Of a DNA stretch of 64,000 nucleotides, positions 11,914-24,101 are shown piece by piece; position 1 is the first letter of the stretch, and each line of letters begins with the position of its first letter. The notes beneath the pieces are model-generated. The model was not told the origin of the DNA and did no database searches. It saw nothing but the letters and a program-made list of their open reading frames with translations. The DNA comes from Vitrella brassicaformis CCMP3155 (lineage: Eukaryota; Protista; Chromerida), in assembly GCA_001179505.1 (NCBI GenBank), contig CDMY01000964.1:168704-232703 (forward strand). The letters run 5' to 3'. Made by a program: the position numbers and the translations under genes.

Positions 11914-12725
11914 GGGGTATATGGGTGCTGGCTGCATGGCATGTGGGCTGGGCTGCCTGGGGTGGGTGGATGGCAACACATACATCTAGATAATGAATCG
12001 GAGGCCGGCGTGTCGGTGGGCTGGTGTAGGCTCATTTGGTCTCACAGCGTTGATGAGGCCAAATGACACACAGAGAGACAGACAATGACACACACACAGA
12101 CACACAGACACACAGACAGACAGACAGCTGTGCACGCACACACAAACACGCATTCACTCACGGACGAGTCCATCCCTTCGCACGTCACAAGTGACGTACT
12201 GCTCCACACGGCGAGGCTGACCATGCAATGCACTCACCTCACCGCTGATCAAGATGACAGACAGCACGAGTCCATTCACTGGCCCCTCCAGCTCACTGAC
12301 CAGCAGCCGCCTTACTCCTTTATCCATGAGACACACACAGTCGGTACACACAGATTCTCTCCTTCTCTACACTACACTAGGCAGCCATCTGCTCAAGGGC
12401 GGGAGGGGCAAAAACACCTGAGGTCTCTCCCTCCGTCATCCATTTACCCTGGGTGTGGCTGCTGTTGTGTTGTGTGGTGTGTGGTGCCAGGCCGCGTGAC
12501 GCCCCTGTTGTCCGTGTGCAGGACCCTCCGCCATGAGCAAGACACATGGGAGACCCAGCACTCCGGCCAGAGGCGTGACACACAGCACAGCACAGCACTC
12601 CAGCGGCAGCAGCCAACACTGGTGTGTCCCGCCACCTCATCAGCCATGGGTCTACACGCCATCCCCCATCTAGCTATAGCTATATGCCAGCCAGCCAGCC
12701 AGCCATCTGTCTGTCTGTCTGTCTA

Positions 12726-15251
12726 CTATGATTGTGTGGCCACCGGCTGCTTGGTGAACTGTGTGGCGAGTATGTGCATGAGGTCCTTGAGCAGCGTTGG
12801 GTGCCGGTCCAGCTTGCTGAAGCCCTCCGTCTTGGACACAGCACGGTAGTGCTTGGCAGCGAACCGAAGACCTGCACGCCACGGCACGGGAGGGACACGC
12901 ACAGTCGTCTCTCCCGCTACGCCCCTCTCTCTCTCTCTGTGTGTGTGTACATTGTTTCTTGAGGGTTTCTGTGCCGTGTAGCGACGCCTCTATGAGCAGG
13001 TGTGCGACGTTCTGCACAGACAACTCCTGCACCAACGCCTCGCCGCAACGCTCACGCAAACCCTGCAGACACATCGACCCCCACCACCACACACACACAG
13101 ACGACACACGACACACAGAGATACAGAGGAAGCGTGTGTCTTGTGTGTGTGTTTTGTGTGTACGTGTATATTGAATCTATTGGCGGCTTTGAGGATGTCG
13201 ACTACGGTGGCGTGGGGGAACGGACTGGCCTCCAACTCCTTGCAACTGACACACATCACCACACATCACCACACCAACACATATCACTCCATCCATCCAC
13301 CCCCCATCCCTCTCGCCCTCTCACCTATCGCAGTAGATGTATCTCAGAAGGACTTTGAGGATGTTCGGGCTGACGTCGCTCACAACCAGCCGCTGCTGCT
13401 GCTGGGAAGGCACCTCACCGCCCACACCCACACCAACCTGCCCACCACCACCACCAGCACTGCTAGCAGCAGCAGCTGCTGCTGCTGCAGCAGCCGCTAT
13501 GCCCTCAGTTGACGACTGTGAGGTGGATGCCCGCAGCGCCGACAACATGTTGCGAAACACCTGACACACACAGACGGACGGACGGACGGACGGACGGACG
13601 GATGGATGGATGGACAGGCAGACCTGCCTCTCTGGGTGTGCATTTGCCCCCACACACATACCGTCGATCTGGCGGCGAGAATGCACCGGTGCGCGGGGAT
13701 GTCCTCGTTGTTGCAAACCAACACCACATCTGCCACACACACAACACACAACACACCGACAGGCGCAATACATACCAGCCATCCCTCCGCACACACACAC
13801 CCAACTCTCGCTCACCAGAGTGCATGGTGCTTCCCGTGTCGATGAGGCTCCCCAAATCGTTGCCGAGCGCCTTGCCCTGCACGCCGCCGGCCATGTCGCT
13901 ACACGCCTTTGCCAGCGCCCTTGGCTCCTCGTGTTCGCTCTGTGGTATGGTGCGCATCTCGCAGTAGATGGTCATGCGGTCGTTGAACAAGACGTCGTCC
14001 AGCTGGTCGGCTGACAGAAACTCAGAGAAGCCACGGTTGGACTCTGCAGATACATGGATGGATGGATGGATGGATGGGGGACAAGGGAGGAGGGAGTGTG
14101 TTGTGTGATGGGGCTTGCCTTTGCCCTCCTGGTGCGAGAACTTGCGAACGCGGGTCTGCATCATGGTCGAGTCAACTGACAATGCACCCACCACACAGAC
14201 ACACACACAGAGAGAGAGAGATGCATGCATCACCCTATCTACGCCACCCTCCCTCTCCCTCCCTCCCTCTCTCACTCTCATTCTGGTCGTTGTCGAGGCA
14301 GGCGAAGTGAGCACTGGCGACCACCTCCACCTCCTGCGGCGACACCAAATGGCAGAACAGGCTCACCGGCCGCTCCTCGTTGTTGGCCGGAGGCGGTGGC
14401 TGCCCCCCTGCCCCTCCTAGATGCATCAACCAACCAAAACGAAGATATCCCCAATACGAGAGAAGCTTGCTTTGCTTGCCTGCTGCGTTGGCGTCCTGTC
14501 GGTCCTCGCCCGCCGGCCACAGACAGAGGCGCCACCGGCCCGTCATCTGGTCGCTCCCGAAGGGCGGCGAGAACACACGATTGTCGTCTCCAACTGACAC
14601 ACACATGACAGACACACGGCAGACAGACAGACAGAGGGACACGTGTATGTGTGTGTGTATGTGTGTGGGGGGGGCGTGGGGGAAACGGGGGAGAGGGTAC
14701 TGACTTTGCTCTGCCATTGCTCGCGCCCTGAGGATGCTGCACCGTTGACGTGCGACGAAAAGGGATGGATGGATGGATGGATGGATGGATGTAGGCACAT
14801 AGGCACAAAGGCACATGGGATGCACAGACACACATACTCGTTCGTATACTCACTCACCTGAAGTTGCGGATCTCCCAGGTGTACTTGAGAATGACCTCCT
14901 TGGTCTCCGTCACCTGAACGAAAGAACGAACGAACGCACCAACGCACCAACGCCAAGAATGCATCCACTCCACGTCACGTACGAATGCATGGGGGTGCGC
15001 TGCGCGCGTGTGTGTGTTGTCCCGTGCTGTGGGTGTTTAGCTTACGCAGTCGGTGACCTTCCTCTTCTTGACCGGCGGCACCTCCGTACCTACACACCAC
15101 AAAAGCCAAAGGATTGTCATGCCAAAGGATGGGATGCCATGCATGTGGCCCACCCAGTGGATGCCTGACCTTGGCCCTGCGGTGTGCCGTTGGGCGTGCC
15201 GCCGGCGCTGTTGGTGACGCCCACGCTGCTGATCTCCATGGGAGTGCTCAT
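12726..15251 (-). CDS. MATH + BTB/POZ (+BACK-like) protein, SPOP/BPM-type CUL3 adaptor
   Basis: MATH: KYTWEIRNF, VFSPPF, WRLCLWP, NRGFSEFL..LFNDRMTIYCEM. BTB: DVVLVCNNEDIPAHRCILAARSTVFRNML, VSDVSPNILKVLLRYIY. C-terminal GLRERCGEALVQELSVQNV..LKKQCLRFAAKHY..TEGFSKL..TQS*. Confidence 0.9.
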
Positions 15252-15641
15252 CCTTCTGTTCTGTGTCTGCTGGATCTTCCTACGCCTACTGTGCGTGTAG
15301 CTGTGCGCTGTTGTTATTCCCTTCCTCCCAAATGCTATCGATCGAGCCAGCACGCTACACGGACAGGCACACAGCGCGCCGCTGACACACGCACTCACTT
15401 ACCCTCCTCGGAAAACGATGCGAGATCAGGGACAAGCTCGCTTGTTTGTGAGGATTCCCTGAAACCGCTGCTGTGAGGATTCAGCGGGCGCTTTCCGAGG
15501 GCGTGAAGTGGTGTAGGAGGCGAGGCGAAGGCGTTTTCAGCTGTGATCTGCTCACTCATCGACCGCATCTAGACACGCGCTGACCCTCAGTCAGCAACAC
15601 TCTGCAGAAGAAGGAGCCGCAGGCTGACAGACAAGAAAGAA

Positions 15642-18398
15642 ATGGCGAAAGAGGTGCAGACGATGCACCAGTGGATGACAGCGGAGCTGGGCCGCATAAT
15701 CGGTAACACAGACACAGCTCAGACAGAACAGACAGACAGACAGACAGACAGACAGGCAGGCAGACAGACACAGAGAGGGAGGGAGGGAGGCAGACACAGA
15801 GAGGGAGGGAGGCTGGGCATGAATGCATTAATTCATTGACACGCACAAGAAGCAGACTGAGTGTGCGTCTGTGTGTCGGGACGCCCTGTGGGGTGTATGT
15901 GTCTGTGTGTTTGTGTCATGGTACCCATGTAATATCATCAGGTGTCGCCGACGAGATGGTGGTAGAGAACGTGGCCACGTACACGAATGAGGCCGAGCTG
16001 CGCGACTTCCTCGAGGCCTTCACAGAGGAGGGACACGCACGCACCGAGATCGCCGCCTTCGTCAAGGAGCTCTTCAGACGGAAGAGAAGGACACCGCCAG
16101 CCGGTCAACAGAACGGGAGTGTGCCTGGTGAGAAGAGAGAGGGAAACAAGAGAGAAGACGTGACGGACGTGAGAATGAATCTTCTCTGTCTGCGTGTGGA
16201 TGTATGTGCCCTTGTCAGCCCCGCCACCCCCACCCCCCGCAGCAGCAGCAGCAGCAGCAGCAGAGGGCCCGGTCCCTCCACCATCAGCGCCATCAGTGCA
16301 CCAGACGGTAAACTATCCCAGCGGCTTCGTCCCTCCCCCTTCCAAGAAACCCCCGCCAAATGTGCTGCCCTCCGACGACCATGACCACCCCCAGCTGCCC
16401 GTTTCTCCCACAACGCACCCCTCCAAACAGCACAAGAAGGGCAAGAAGATCATGCAGTCCGCTATCGGCCATGACTCATCCGCCATCGCGACAGAGAGGA
16501 CACAGAGAAAGGGCAAAGCCGGCGGGGGCGGTGCTGATCAGCAGCGGCTGATGTGCGACTGCCAGGCGCGGGAGCACGAGCTGGTGGGCAACTGTCTGGC
16601 GTGCGGCAAGATCGTGTGTGCGCAGGAGGGGCCGGGTGTGTGTCTGTTTTGTGGGAGGTATGAGGTGCGCGGGAAGGGCCTGGTGGGGAAGTATCTCACG
16701 ACTGGCACTAGTGACGGTGGTGGGGGTGGTGGGGGCGATATGGCGCCTGGCGATGCGGATCTGTATGATGGGCGGAGCGGTGAGGAGAGGGACAAGATCG
16801 ACAAGGCCATCAAACTCAGAGACCAAATCATGGAACAAGGTCCGTGGGGCGGGGCGGTAGGGGGGTGGGATGCACACACATGCAAGATGGTCTGTTTGTC
16901 TCTCTCTCTCTCTCTCTCTGCGTTTCCGTGTGTGTGTCCAGCGCGCAACAAGTCGGTGTTGACAAAAGTGTACGACGACCAGAGTGACTGGTACAGCGCC
17001 GCCAACGACCCATGGCTCACGCGCGAGCAAAGGCTCAAGGCCATACAGAAACAAAAAGAGCTCGAAGACCGAAAACGACAAGAGCAACGTAACCAACACC
17101 CCCCTCCCCCCAACACACACACACACACACACACACTTTGTCCCCATGTGTGTCTGCAGGGAGGGTCAACGTCAACTTCGATTTCGCCGGGCGCCGCATC
17201 ACAGAGGCCGACTCCACCATCGAGCAGGACAACAAGGCCGCCCTGGACGCCTTTGACGATGAAGTCCGCCAGCCGCAGTCCTCCTCTGCCAACCAGAGGA
17301 TCAAGGCGGTCTACGAGCAGCTTGAGGAGGACCGGCGGCTGTTCATGGAGACGCTGCAGTCGCGGATGAGGGCCTTTAACACTGGCACCTGGGTGGAGAG
17401 GGAGGGGAGGGAGGGGGAGGCGGAGGGGGGGAGGAAAATGAGATATGGGGGAGTCGAGACACGGACCGATGTCGAGGTCAGCAGCTTTAGAATACACCTT
17501 CAGACGTACACGCACATACTCTCTCTCTGTGTGTGTGTGTGTGTGTGTGTCTGCAGGAGATGCTTGACGAGCTGGACGTTGCACGCCGCGAGAGGGCAGC
17601 AGAGGAGGCAGCAGCGGCAGCGGCAGAGGCAGCAGAAGCAGAGGCAAGACAGCGCCAGCTCGACCAACACCACGAGCAGCAAGAGGCAGAATCCGCCCTC
17701 TCCGCAGCACCACCAAGCCGCTACACAGACGTCACTGACCGGGGCGTGTGTCTGTCGATGCACCAGCCGTGGGCCTCTCTGCTTGTGGCCGGCTTCAAGC
17801 GAGTCGAGGGACGGTCATGGCCCACAGAGCACAGAGGCAGGCTGTGGGTCCACGCCACGGTCAAGGATCCGCTCCCGGCGCTCACAGAGCAGCTGCTGGC
17901 CCACTACAGCGACATGTATGGCGGGAACCACGCCCCATTGCCAAGCAGCTTCCCCACGGGCATGGTGCTTGGGTGTGTCGATCTGGAAGAGTGCATTACA
18001 CAGGTGGGTGGGTCAGTGTAGTGTGTGTTGATGCGGGTCGATGAGTTGGTGTGTGTGTGTTTGTTAGGAAGAGTGGCAGATTCGTTTGGCGGCTGATCCT
18101 TCTCTGCCGAGGGAGGAGAATGAGAGCGCGTTCCTCTTTGTGTGCAGCAACCCCAGACAGCTGCTCATTCCACATCGCGTAAGTGGGTGGGGTGGTGGTG
18201 GGGCGACCATCCATCCATCCATCCATCCATCCACACATAGACAGACACAGGGCTGTGACGCGTTAATATGTACAGATGTCCGGCGACCACAAGCTATGGA
18301 AGCTGCCGCAAGACAAGCTCAAGCACCTGCAGAAGGCTCTCAGGCCAGTCAAGTGGCCACCACCCCTCCCACCTTCTGATAATAATGCCCCCACCCCC
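15642..18398 (+). CDS. TRIP4: Activating signal cointegrator 1 (ASC-1/TRIP4; C2HC5 zinc finger + ASCH domain); frame open into the N-gap, probably continuous with the downstream AlkB
   Basis: CDCQAREHELVGNCLACGKIVCAQEGPGVCLFCG (zf-C2HC5); MHQPWASLLVAGFKRVEGRSWPTEHRGRLWVHAT and PTGMVLGCVDL (ASCH). Last exon MSGDHKLWKLP..PVKWPPPLPPSDNNAPTP has no stop before the gap at 18399. Confidence 0.92.
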
Positions 18399-18698
18399 NN
18401 NNNNNNNNNNNNNNNNNNNNNNNNNNNNNNNNNNNNNNNNNNNNNNNNNNNNNNNNNNNNNNNNNNNNNNNNNNNNNNNNNNNNNNNNNNNNNNNNNNNN
18501 NNNNNNNNNNNNNNNNNNNNNNNNNNNNNNNNNNNNNNNNNNNNNNNNNNNNNNNNNNNNNNNNNNNNNNNNNNNNNNNNNNNNNNNNNNNNNNNNNNNN
18601 NNNNNNNNNNNNNNNNNNNNNNNNNNNNNNNNNNNNNNNNNNNNNNNNNNNNNNNNNNNNNNNNNNNNNNNNNNNNNNNNNNNNNNNNNNNNNNNNNN
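18399..18698. other. Assembly gap, 300 N (same size at 35174-35473, 36185-36484, 37561-37860, 41208-41507)
   Basis: All five gaps are exactly 300 N, so this is a placeholder length rather than a measured distance. Confidence 0.95.
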
Positions 18699-19968
18699 AC
18701 CCCCTCCCCGCCCACACACAACGGCCTCACCACAGAGATGGCCCAGAACGGCCCACACGAGCCAGATGACGCATCGCCACGAGAGAGGGAGAGGCGGGGC
18801 GGTCGTCTGCAGCTGGTCAAGGAGCCATTTGAGCGGGTTGCCGTCGGTTTTGACCTCTGGCCGACGGGTGAAGGTGCTGAGGATGGTAGTGGTAGTGGGG
18901 GTGGCGGAGGTGAGAAGCGGATGGTGCAGGTGGGCAAGACCAAGTTCGCCAAAGGCGACACCGATGACGGGGTACGTCAGGGCACGCCACACACACCCGA
19001 ACACGCACACACGAACCCAGTGCGTGTCCATCATATGTGTGTGCATGCTGCAGCTAGTCGTGTTGCGTGACGGGATGGTGCTGCTTCGCGAGTACATGGA
19101 CCTCCCCACTCAGCAGAGGATCATTGACACGGTGCGGGAGATGGGCGTCGGCAAGGGCGGCTTCTACACACCCACTTACGAGGCCAAGAAGCAGGGCGAC
19201 CAAAAGGTCTGTCGACCCTTCCCCCCGAACACCCGCAGCCACCCACATACCCCTTTCTCTCTCCGCGTGTGTGCAGTCGTCATTACACTTGCGGATGTTG
19301 TGTCTTGGCAAGCACTGGAACGCCCAGGAGCGTCGGTACGAGACGGAGCGGACAGACGTGGATGGGCTGCCGGTGCACGAGCTGCCAGCCGTCCTCAAGG
19401 ACCTCTACGCGCCTGTCATCAAGGAGACCATTGACAAGCTCAAGAGGTGACTGACTTGTCGACACCCCGGACCACATATGGTCGTGTGTGCATGTGTATG
19501 TGTGTAGGAACAAGAGTCGGTCCAAGTATGCGTGTGGGTCGTTGATAAAGGTGCCGGTCGTCCCGCCTGACATCGCCCTGTGCAACTTCTACTCACACGG
19601 CGGCCGGCTGGGGCTGCACCAAGACCAAGAGGAGAGCGAGGAGTCAAAACGACTCGGTACACACATGGCAAACACACCCACCCATACACCCTTCCAACAT
19701 CTATGCGCCTCTCTCTCCATCAGGCTGCCCGGTCGTCTCTCTGTCCATCGGTGACTCGTGCGACTTCTTCTACTGCGAGAGCCGCCCGTCAGATGACATG
19801 TTTGGGGCGAAGGAGCAGCGTGTTCGCCTCAACTCGGGAGATTTGCTTATCTTCGGCGGCGCGTCGAGGATGATCTACCACGCGGTTGGGCAGATCCACG
19901 CGCACTCGGCGCCGTTTGGGCTGAGAATGAGGGAGGGGAGGCTCAATGTGACGCTGAGGAAGTACTGA
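18699..19968 (+). CDS. AlkB-family 2OG-Fe(II) dioxygenase of the ALKBH1/bacterial AlkB type
   Basis: LRDGMVLLREY..GGFYTP, LHLRMLCLGKHW, PDIALCNFY..GRLGLHQDQEES (HxD), PVVSLSIGDS, SGDLLIFGGASRMIYHAV (distal His), GRLNVTLRKY* (RxxxxxR). All iron and 2OG ligands are present. Confidence 0.92.
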
Positions 19969-20510
19969 GGGAGAGAGGGTGTGATGTGATGGTGTGATGT
20001 GGGTGGCAACTTTATCATTCGTGAGTGAACGAATTAATTCAATGGCAAGAGTACGCCCATATCATATAGATGTCACGCACGCACCCACGCACAGAGAGGT
20101 AGATCGATCGCGTTTCGAAGCCAAACGTCCCCGTGTGCCCTCTGACCGGCAGGCATGAGCGCACTGTCAGATGCCGCTCACAACAAACATCACGCGACAG
20201 ACACCCACAACAAATAGAGAAGAGACCTACGAGACAGACACCAACAGGCAATGTGGCCACCACGTCAACATGGTCGGTCGCGTCTCTTGCACACCGTCCC
20301 GTCCACGAAAAACACAGCTGCCGGCCTGTCTGGGCTGGCTTGTACGACAAACGCACCCAACCGATGACATCCCAACAGACAGACAGACAGGCCGCAGCAA
20401 AAATAGCAGTACAGCAGCAAAGCAAAGCAGGAAGAATGTGTGCGCCGACTATGCGCTTGGATAAAACACACCAACACATATAGATATACTTCCGCAGAAC
20501 ACGCGGATGG

Positions 20511-21946
20511 TCACTTGGTGAAGATCTGCGGCACTGCGGCCGTGTCTGGCCCTGTCGCGACCTGATGGACAGGGGCAGCCACGCTGGCCGGCTGAGCCTG
20601 TCCACGCCTGCTTTCTTGGTACCCGACGACGTGCCTATCACGCACACACACACACACACAAGGCTGAGCCCTCCGAAAAAGGCGAGCTGTTTGTGTGCCT
20701 GCCCACGCCTGTTTTGTCTCTCTGCATGACCTACCGGTATTCCTGCATGGCGCTGCATGGCCAGCACAGCAAGACGACGCACCGATCACCGCAGCCGTCG
20801 CTCGCCTCGATGTCGTAATGGCTGACAGAAGCGCAGACACACATACACACAGAGTATACTCAGACAGACACGCAGACCCCCTCACTTGTCTGCGTGTGAT
20901 GGGCTCACATCTAGCTGACCTTCTGAGCTCCGTCCGATAGCGGCGGTAGATTCTGAACATGCCGATGCCGACAACAGGGGGCATTATGCACAGGATCCAG
21001 AGTCTCGACAGCTCGTCGGGCGGGGTTAGGCACAAAGCCCAGATGACGAAACCCCAGAAGGCCAGCGGGATGCCGCACAGCAGCAGCACACCCCACCACA
21101 GCGACCTCAGACCCGCACCCGCCATCGCCCGGGCCTACACACGCATTCAGATACGTGCACTCGTAGCATGGTGTGGTGTGTGTGTGGGGGGTGGGATCAT
21201 TATACCTTCAGGTAGCCCAGAATGGGTGCGAAGAGCCATCCGACGGTTCCCAGCAAGACATCCGGCATACGGGAGAAGCAGCTGAACAGACCGACGTTCC
21301 ACCGACCTACACACACGTCCATCCATCAATCCATCCATCCATTTATCGAGAAAGGCAGGCAGTCCTCGGTACATGTGTACCCGTGGGAGTCCGTTGCCCA
21401 CTGCTCTGTGCCGGTCTGACGGCCCAGTCTTCCGCAGGTGCCGTATATTTGGTGCCTGGGGCTACCTCTCGAATGTACAGCTTGTTGCCTTTGAAGACCT
21501 GGTTGTTGAGCTCGCGGACGGCACGCTGCGCCTCCTCAGCACTCTCATACTCACACACACTGACACACACACACCAATCACATCAGAAGTGTGTGCCCCT
21601 CTTTGTCCTGTCTGTCTGTCTGTCTGTCTTGACCATGCTCCGATGGGGCCTTGCTCATATCGCGACCTCAAAATCTGCACCCTCGTCGCAGGGCACCTCA
21701 TGTGTTTCGCAACTTCCTCCTGCGCAGAACGGGGCCATTTGGGAACGGGGTCATGAACAAAGTGCGCAGGTCTGTCTGTCTGTCTGTCTGTCTGTGTGTC
21801 TATACCTGTGTCGCCGTCTTGGGCAGGTGCTGCACGAACACCTTCCTCTCAGCATTCGTGATACCGTCATCGGCCGTCTCGGCAGCCGCCTCTCTCATGG
21901 CACCGATGGTACCGCGGCCGCCGCCCAAGATCTCAGCCAGCTCCAT
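20511..21946 (-). CDS. RRM + PLAC8-domain fusion protein, copy A
   Basis: Spliced: RKVFVQHLPKTATQ|EEVAKHM..GPIGA|CVCEYESAEEAQRAVRELNNQVFKGNKLYIRE..TPT G|RWNVGLFSCF..ILGYLK|ARAMAG..YRTELRS|HYDIEASDGCGDRCVVLLCWPCSAMQEYR|HVVG..PQIFTK*. All junctions are GT-AG and in phase. The start codon is tentative. Confidence 0.75.
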
Positions 21947-22515
21947 CACTGCGGCAGCCTGCGGGTGGAGGTGGTTCAGAGAGACGATGCGATAGATGTG
22001 TCAGAGGTCGAGAAGGCGGTAAGTAAGACGAGAAAGTAAAAGGCAGGAGAGAGAGAGAGTCCCATTCCCATGCCTGTATAGCTCGCAGACCTTGAGGAGG
22101 GATTGATCCCATCCATGATCTCATTGATGAATCAACACGTGCTCATCTGCAGCAGTCCCATGAGTATGCAGTACTTAAAGGCAAGCAAGCAAATCCATCG
22201 TCGTCTGCAAGGCCTTCTATGGACGAATTAATTCACTCACTGGCCATGCGCGCGTCACATCAACACACACAGCGTCACCGGACAGGCCCCCACACACAGG
22301 ACACACAGCATGCAGCAAAAAAGCTCCGTCTGTATGCAAAAAGTGTGTGTGTCTGTTGCACACCCCATGCCGCACACCAACATGATGCGCTAGCTATACT
22401 GCCAGACAGATAAAAAGACACGCGTGGTGTTCAGACACGTGTGTGATTGCAATGCCATCTAAATGTCCGTCTTTGGAAAAAGACCGAAGGAACGGTCATT
22501 CAGATTGATTAACGG

Positions 22516-22640
22516 CTAAGTAAAGAGCTGCGGCGTCCCCTGTGTTTGTGGCACTCGCCCGGACTGATAGACAGGTGCGGCCACTTGAGGTGCTTGAGCC
22601 GCTCCACTTGTGTGCCCTTGACCTCCCCAGAAGACGTGCC

Positions 22641-22677
<37 letters not shown>

Positions 22678-24101
22678 CTGAGCCCTCCGAAAGAGGCCAG
22701 TGTCCCTACCTACCTACCGGTATTCCTGCATGGCACTGCATGGCCAGCACAGCAAGACGACCCAACAATCGCCGCAGCCGTCGCTCGCCTCGATGTCGTA
22801 ATGGCTATGAGTGGATACACACACAGACGCACACACACACACACACACACACATGGTACACCAGACAGACATACAAACCAGAGCGATGAGCCTGCCTGCC
22901 TGGTGTGACTGACTGACCTTCGGAGTTTGCTCCGATAGTTACGGTAGAGGCCACACATGAAGAAGCCGACAATGAGAGGCGCCAGTAGGGACAGACACCT
23001 GAGGTGTGCCTCTCTCCTGGAGAAGAAGATGGTGAAGATGGTGACGTAGAGCCACAGGGGCATGATGCAAAAGTAGAGCACACCCCACCGCACGTCCATG
23101 ACGCCCGCGCCCGCCACCGCCCGCGCCTACACACATAACCCCATTGAAGGTGCAGTGCACTCATGGCATGGCCATCATGGAGCTGTCTGTCTGTCTGTCT
23201 GTCTGTGGGATCGTCGTCTGCTCTGTACTCGATGGACAGACAGACATACCGACATACCGACATACCGACATACCTTGAGGTAGCCTCTGCAGAAAAAACG
23301 ACAGACAGACAAACCAGGGCGTGTTTGCTTAGTGTAGTGTATTTGGTGGATGCATCCATCGCTTCTTACAGAATGGGTGCGAAGAGCCATCCGACGGTTC
23401 CCAGCATACAGGTGGGCAAATGTGAGAAGCAGCTGAACAGACCGACGTTCCACCGACTTATAGCACACCCATCCATCCATCCATCCATCCATAGATAGAT
23501 AGATAGAGGCAGCGAATGTCAGTCGTCACACAACCGTCCTCTTTGGCTGCACACGGTCCGTATGAGTACCTCTGCCAGTCCGTCTCGCATTGCTCCGGCC
23601 GTCACGGTGTCGGGAGGAAGGGACAAGGCGGAATGGAATGCACGCGCCTGTGGCTGCACGGACTTCCGAAGGGGCCGTCGTGGTGTCAGCTTGACGCCCG
23701 GCAGGAAGAGCGCGAATGTAGAGCTTGTTGCCTTTGAAGACCTGGTTGTTGAGCTCGCGGACGGCACGCTGCGCCTCCTCAACACTCTCATACTCACACA
23801 CACTGACACACACACAGAGAAAGAGATAGAGAAAGAAATACGAAGTTACAGAAACCAAGCAGTGTAATTGCCCGACCTCCCCGGTCTGGCTGTTAGTCTG
23901 TCTGTCTGTCTTTGCTGTGTGGCCTGCTCACGCAGATGAGATGATTTTGAGGATCTTTAGCCTCACGACTTGGCCTGCGTGGCCCATGTGTTCAGCGAGC
24001 TCCGCCTGCGTGGCCGTCCTGGGCACGTGTTGCAGCCATAATCTGCCACCCCCGCCACATGCCAAGAGGCGTGCCAGGACTGTGGAGAGGGCTGCGCCCA
24101 T
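22516..24101 (-). CDS. RRM + PLAC8-domain gene, copy B (tandem paralogue; RRM-to-PLAC8 junction 1 nt out of phase as assembled)
   Basis: RLWLQHVPRTATQAELAEHM..SS|AVCEYESVEEAQRAVRELNNQVFKGNKLYIR; WNVGLFSCF..API|LGYLK|ARAVAG..YRSKLRS|HYDIEASDGCGDCWVVLLCWPCSAMQEYR|..PQLFT*. Confidence 0.65.

Noticed and set aside
16538-17716. 392-aa minus-strand ORF and similar long ORFs opposite real genes (e.g. 60340-61197, 43743-44672)
   Set aside because: Antisense shadows of GC3-rich exons plus microsatellite introns (CVCVCV, THTHTH); no independent protein features.
9989-19968. RNase H2A + TRIP4 + AlkB as a nucleic-acid repair cluster
   Set aside because: RNase H2A is separated by an unrelated MATH-BTB gene; adjacency in a dense eukaryotic genome is weak evidence.
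18699-19968. Assigning the AlkB as the ALKBH3 orthologue because of the ASCC link
   Set aside because: Its motifs (LHLRMLCLG, LGLHQD.EES, GRLNVTLR) fit the ALKBH1/bacterial AlkB type better.
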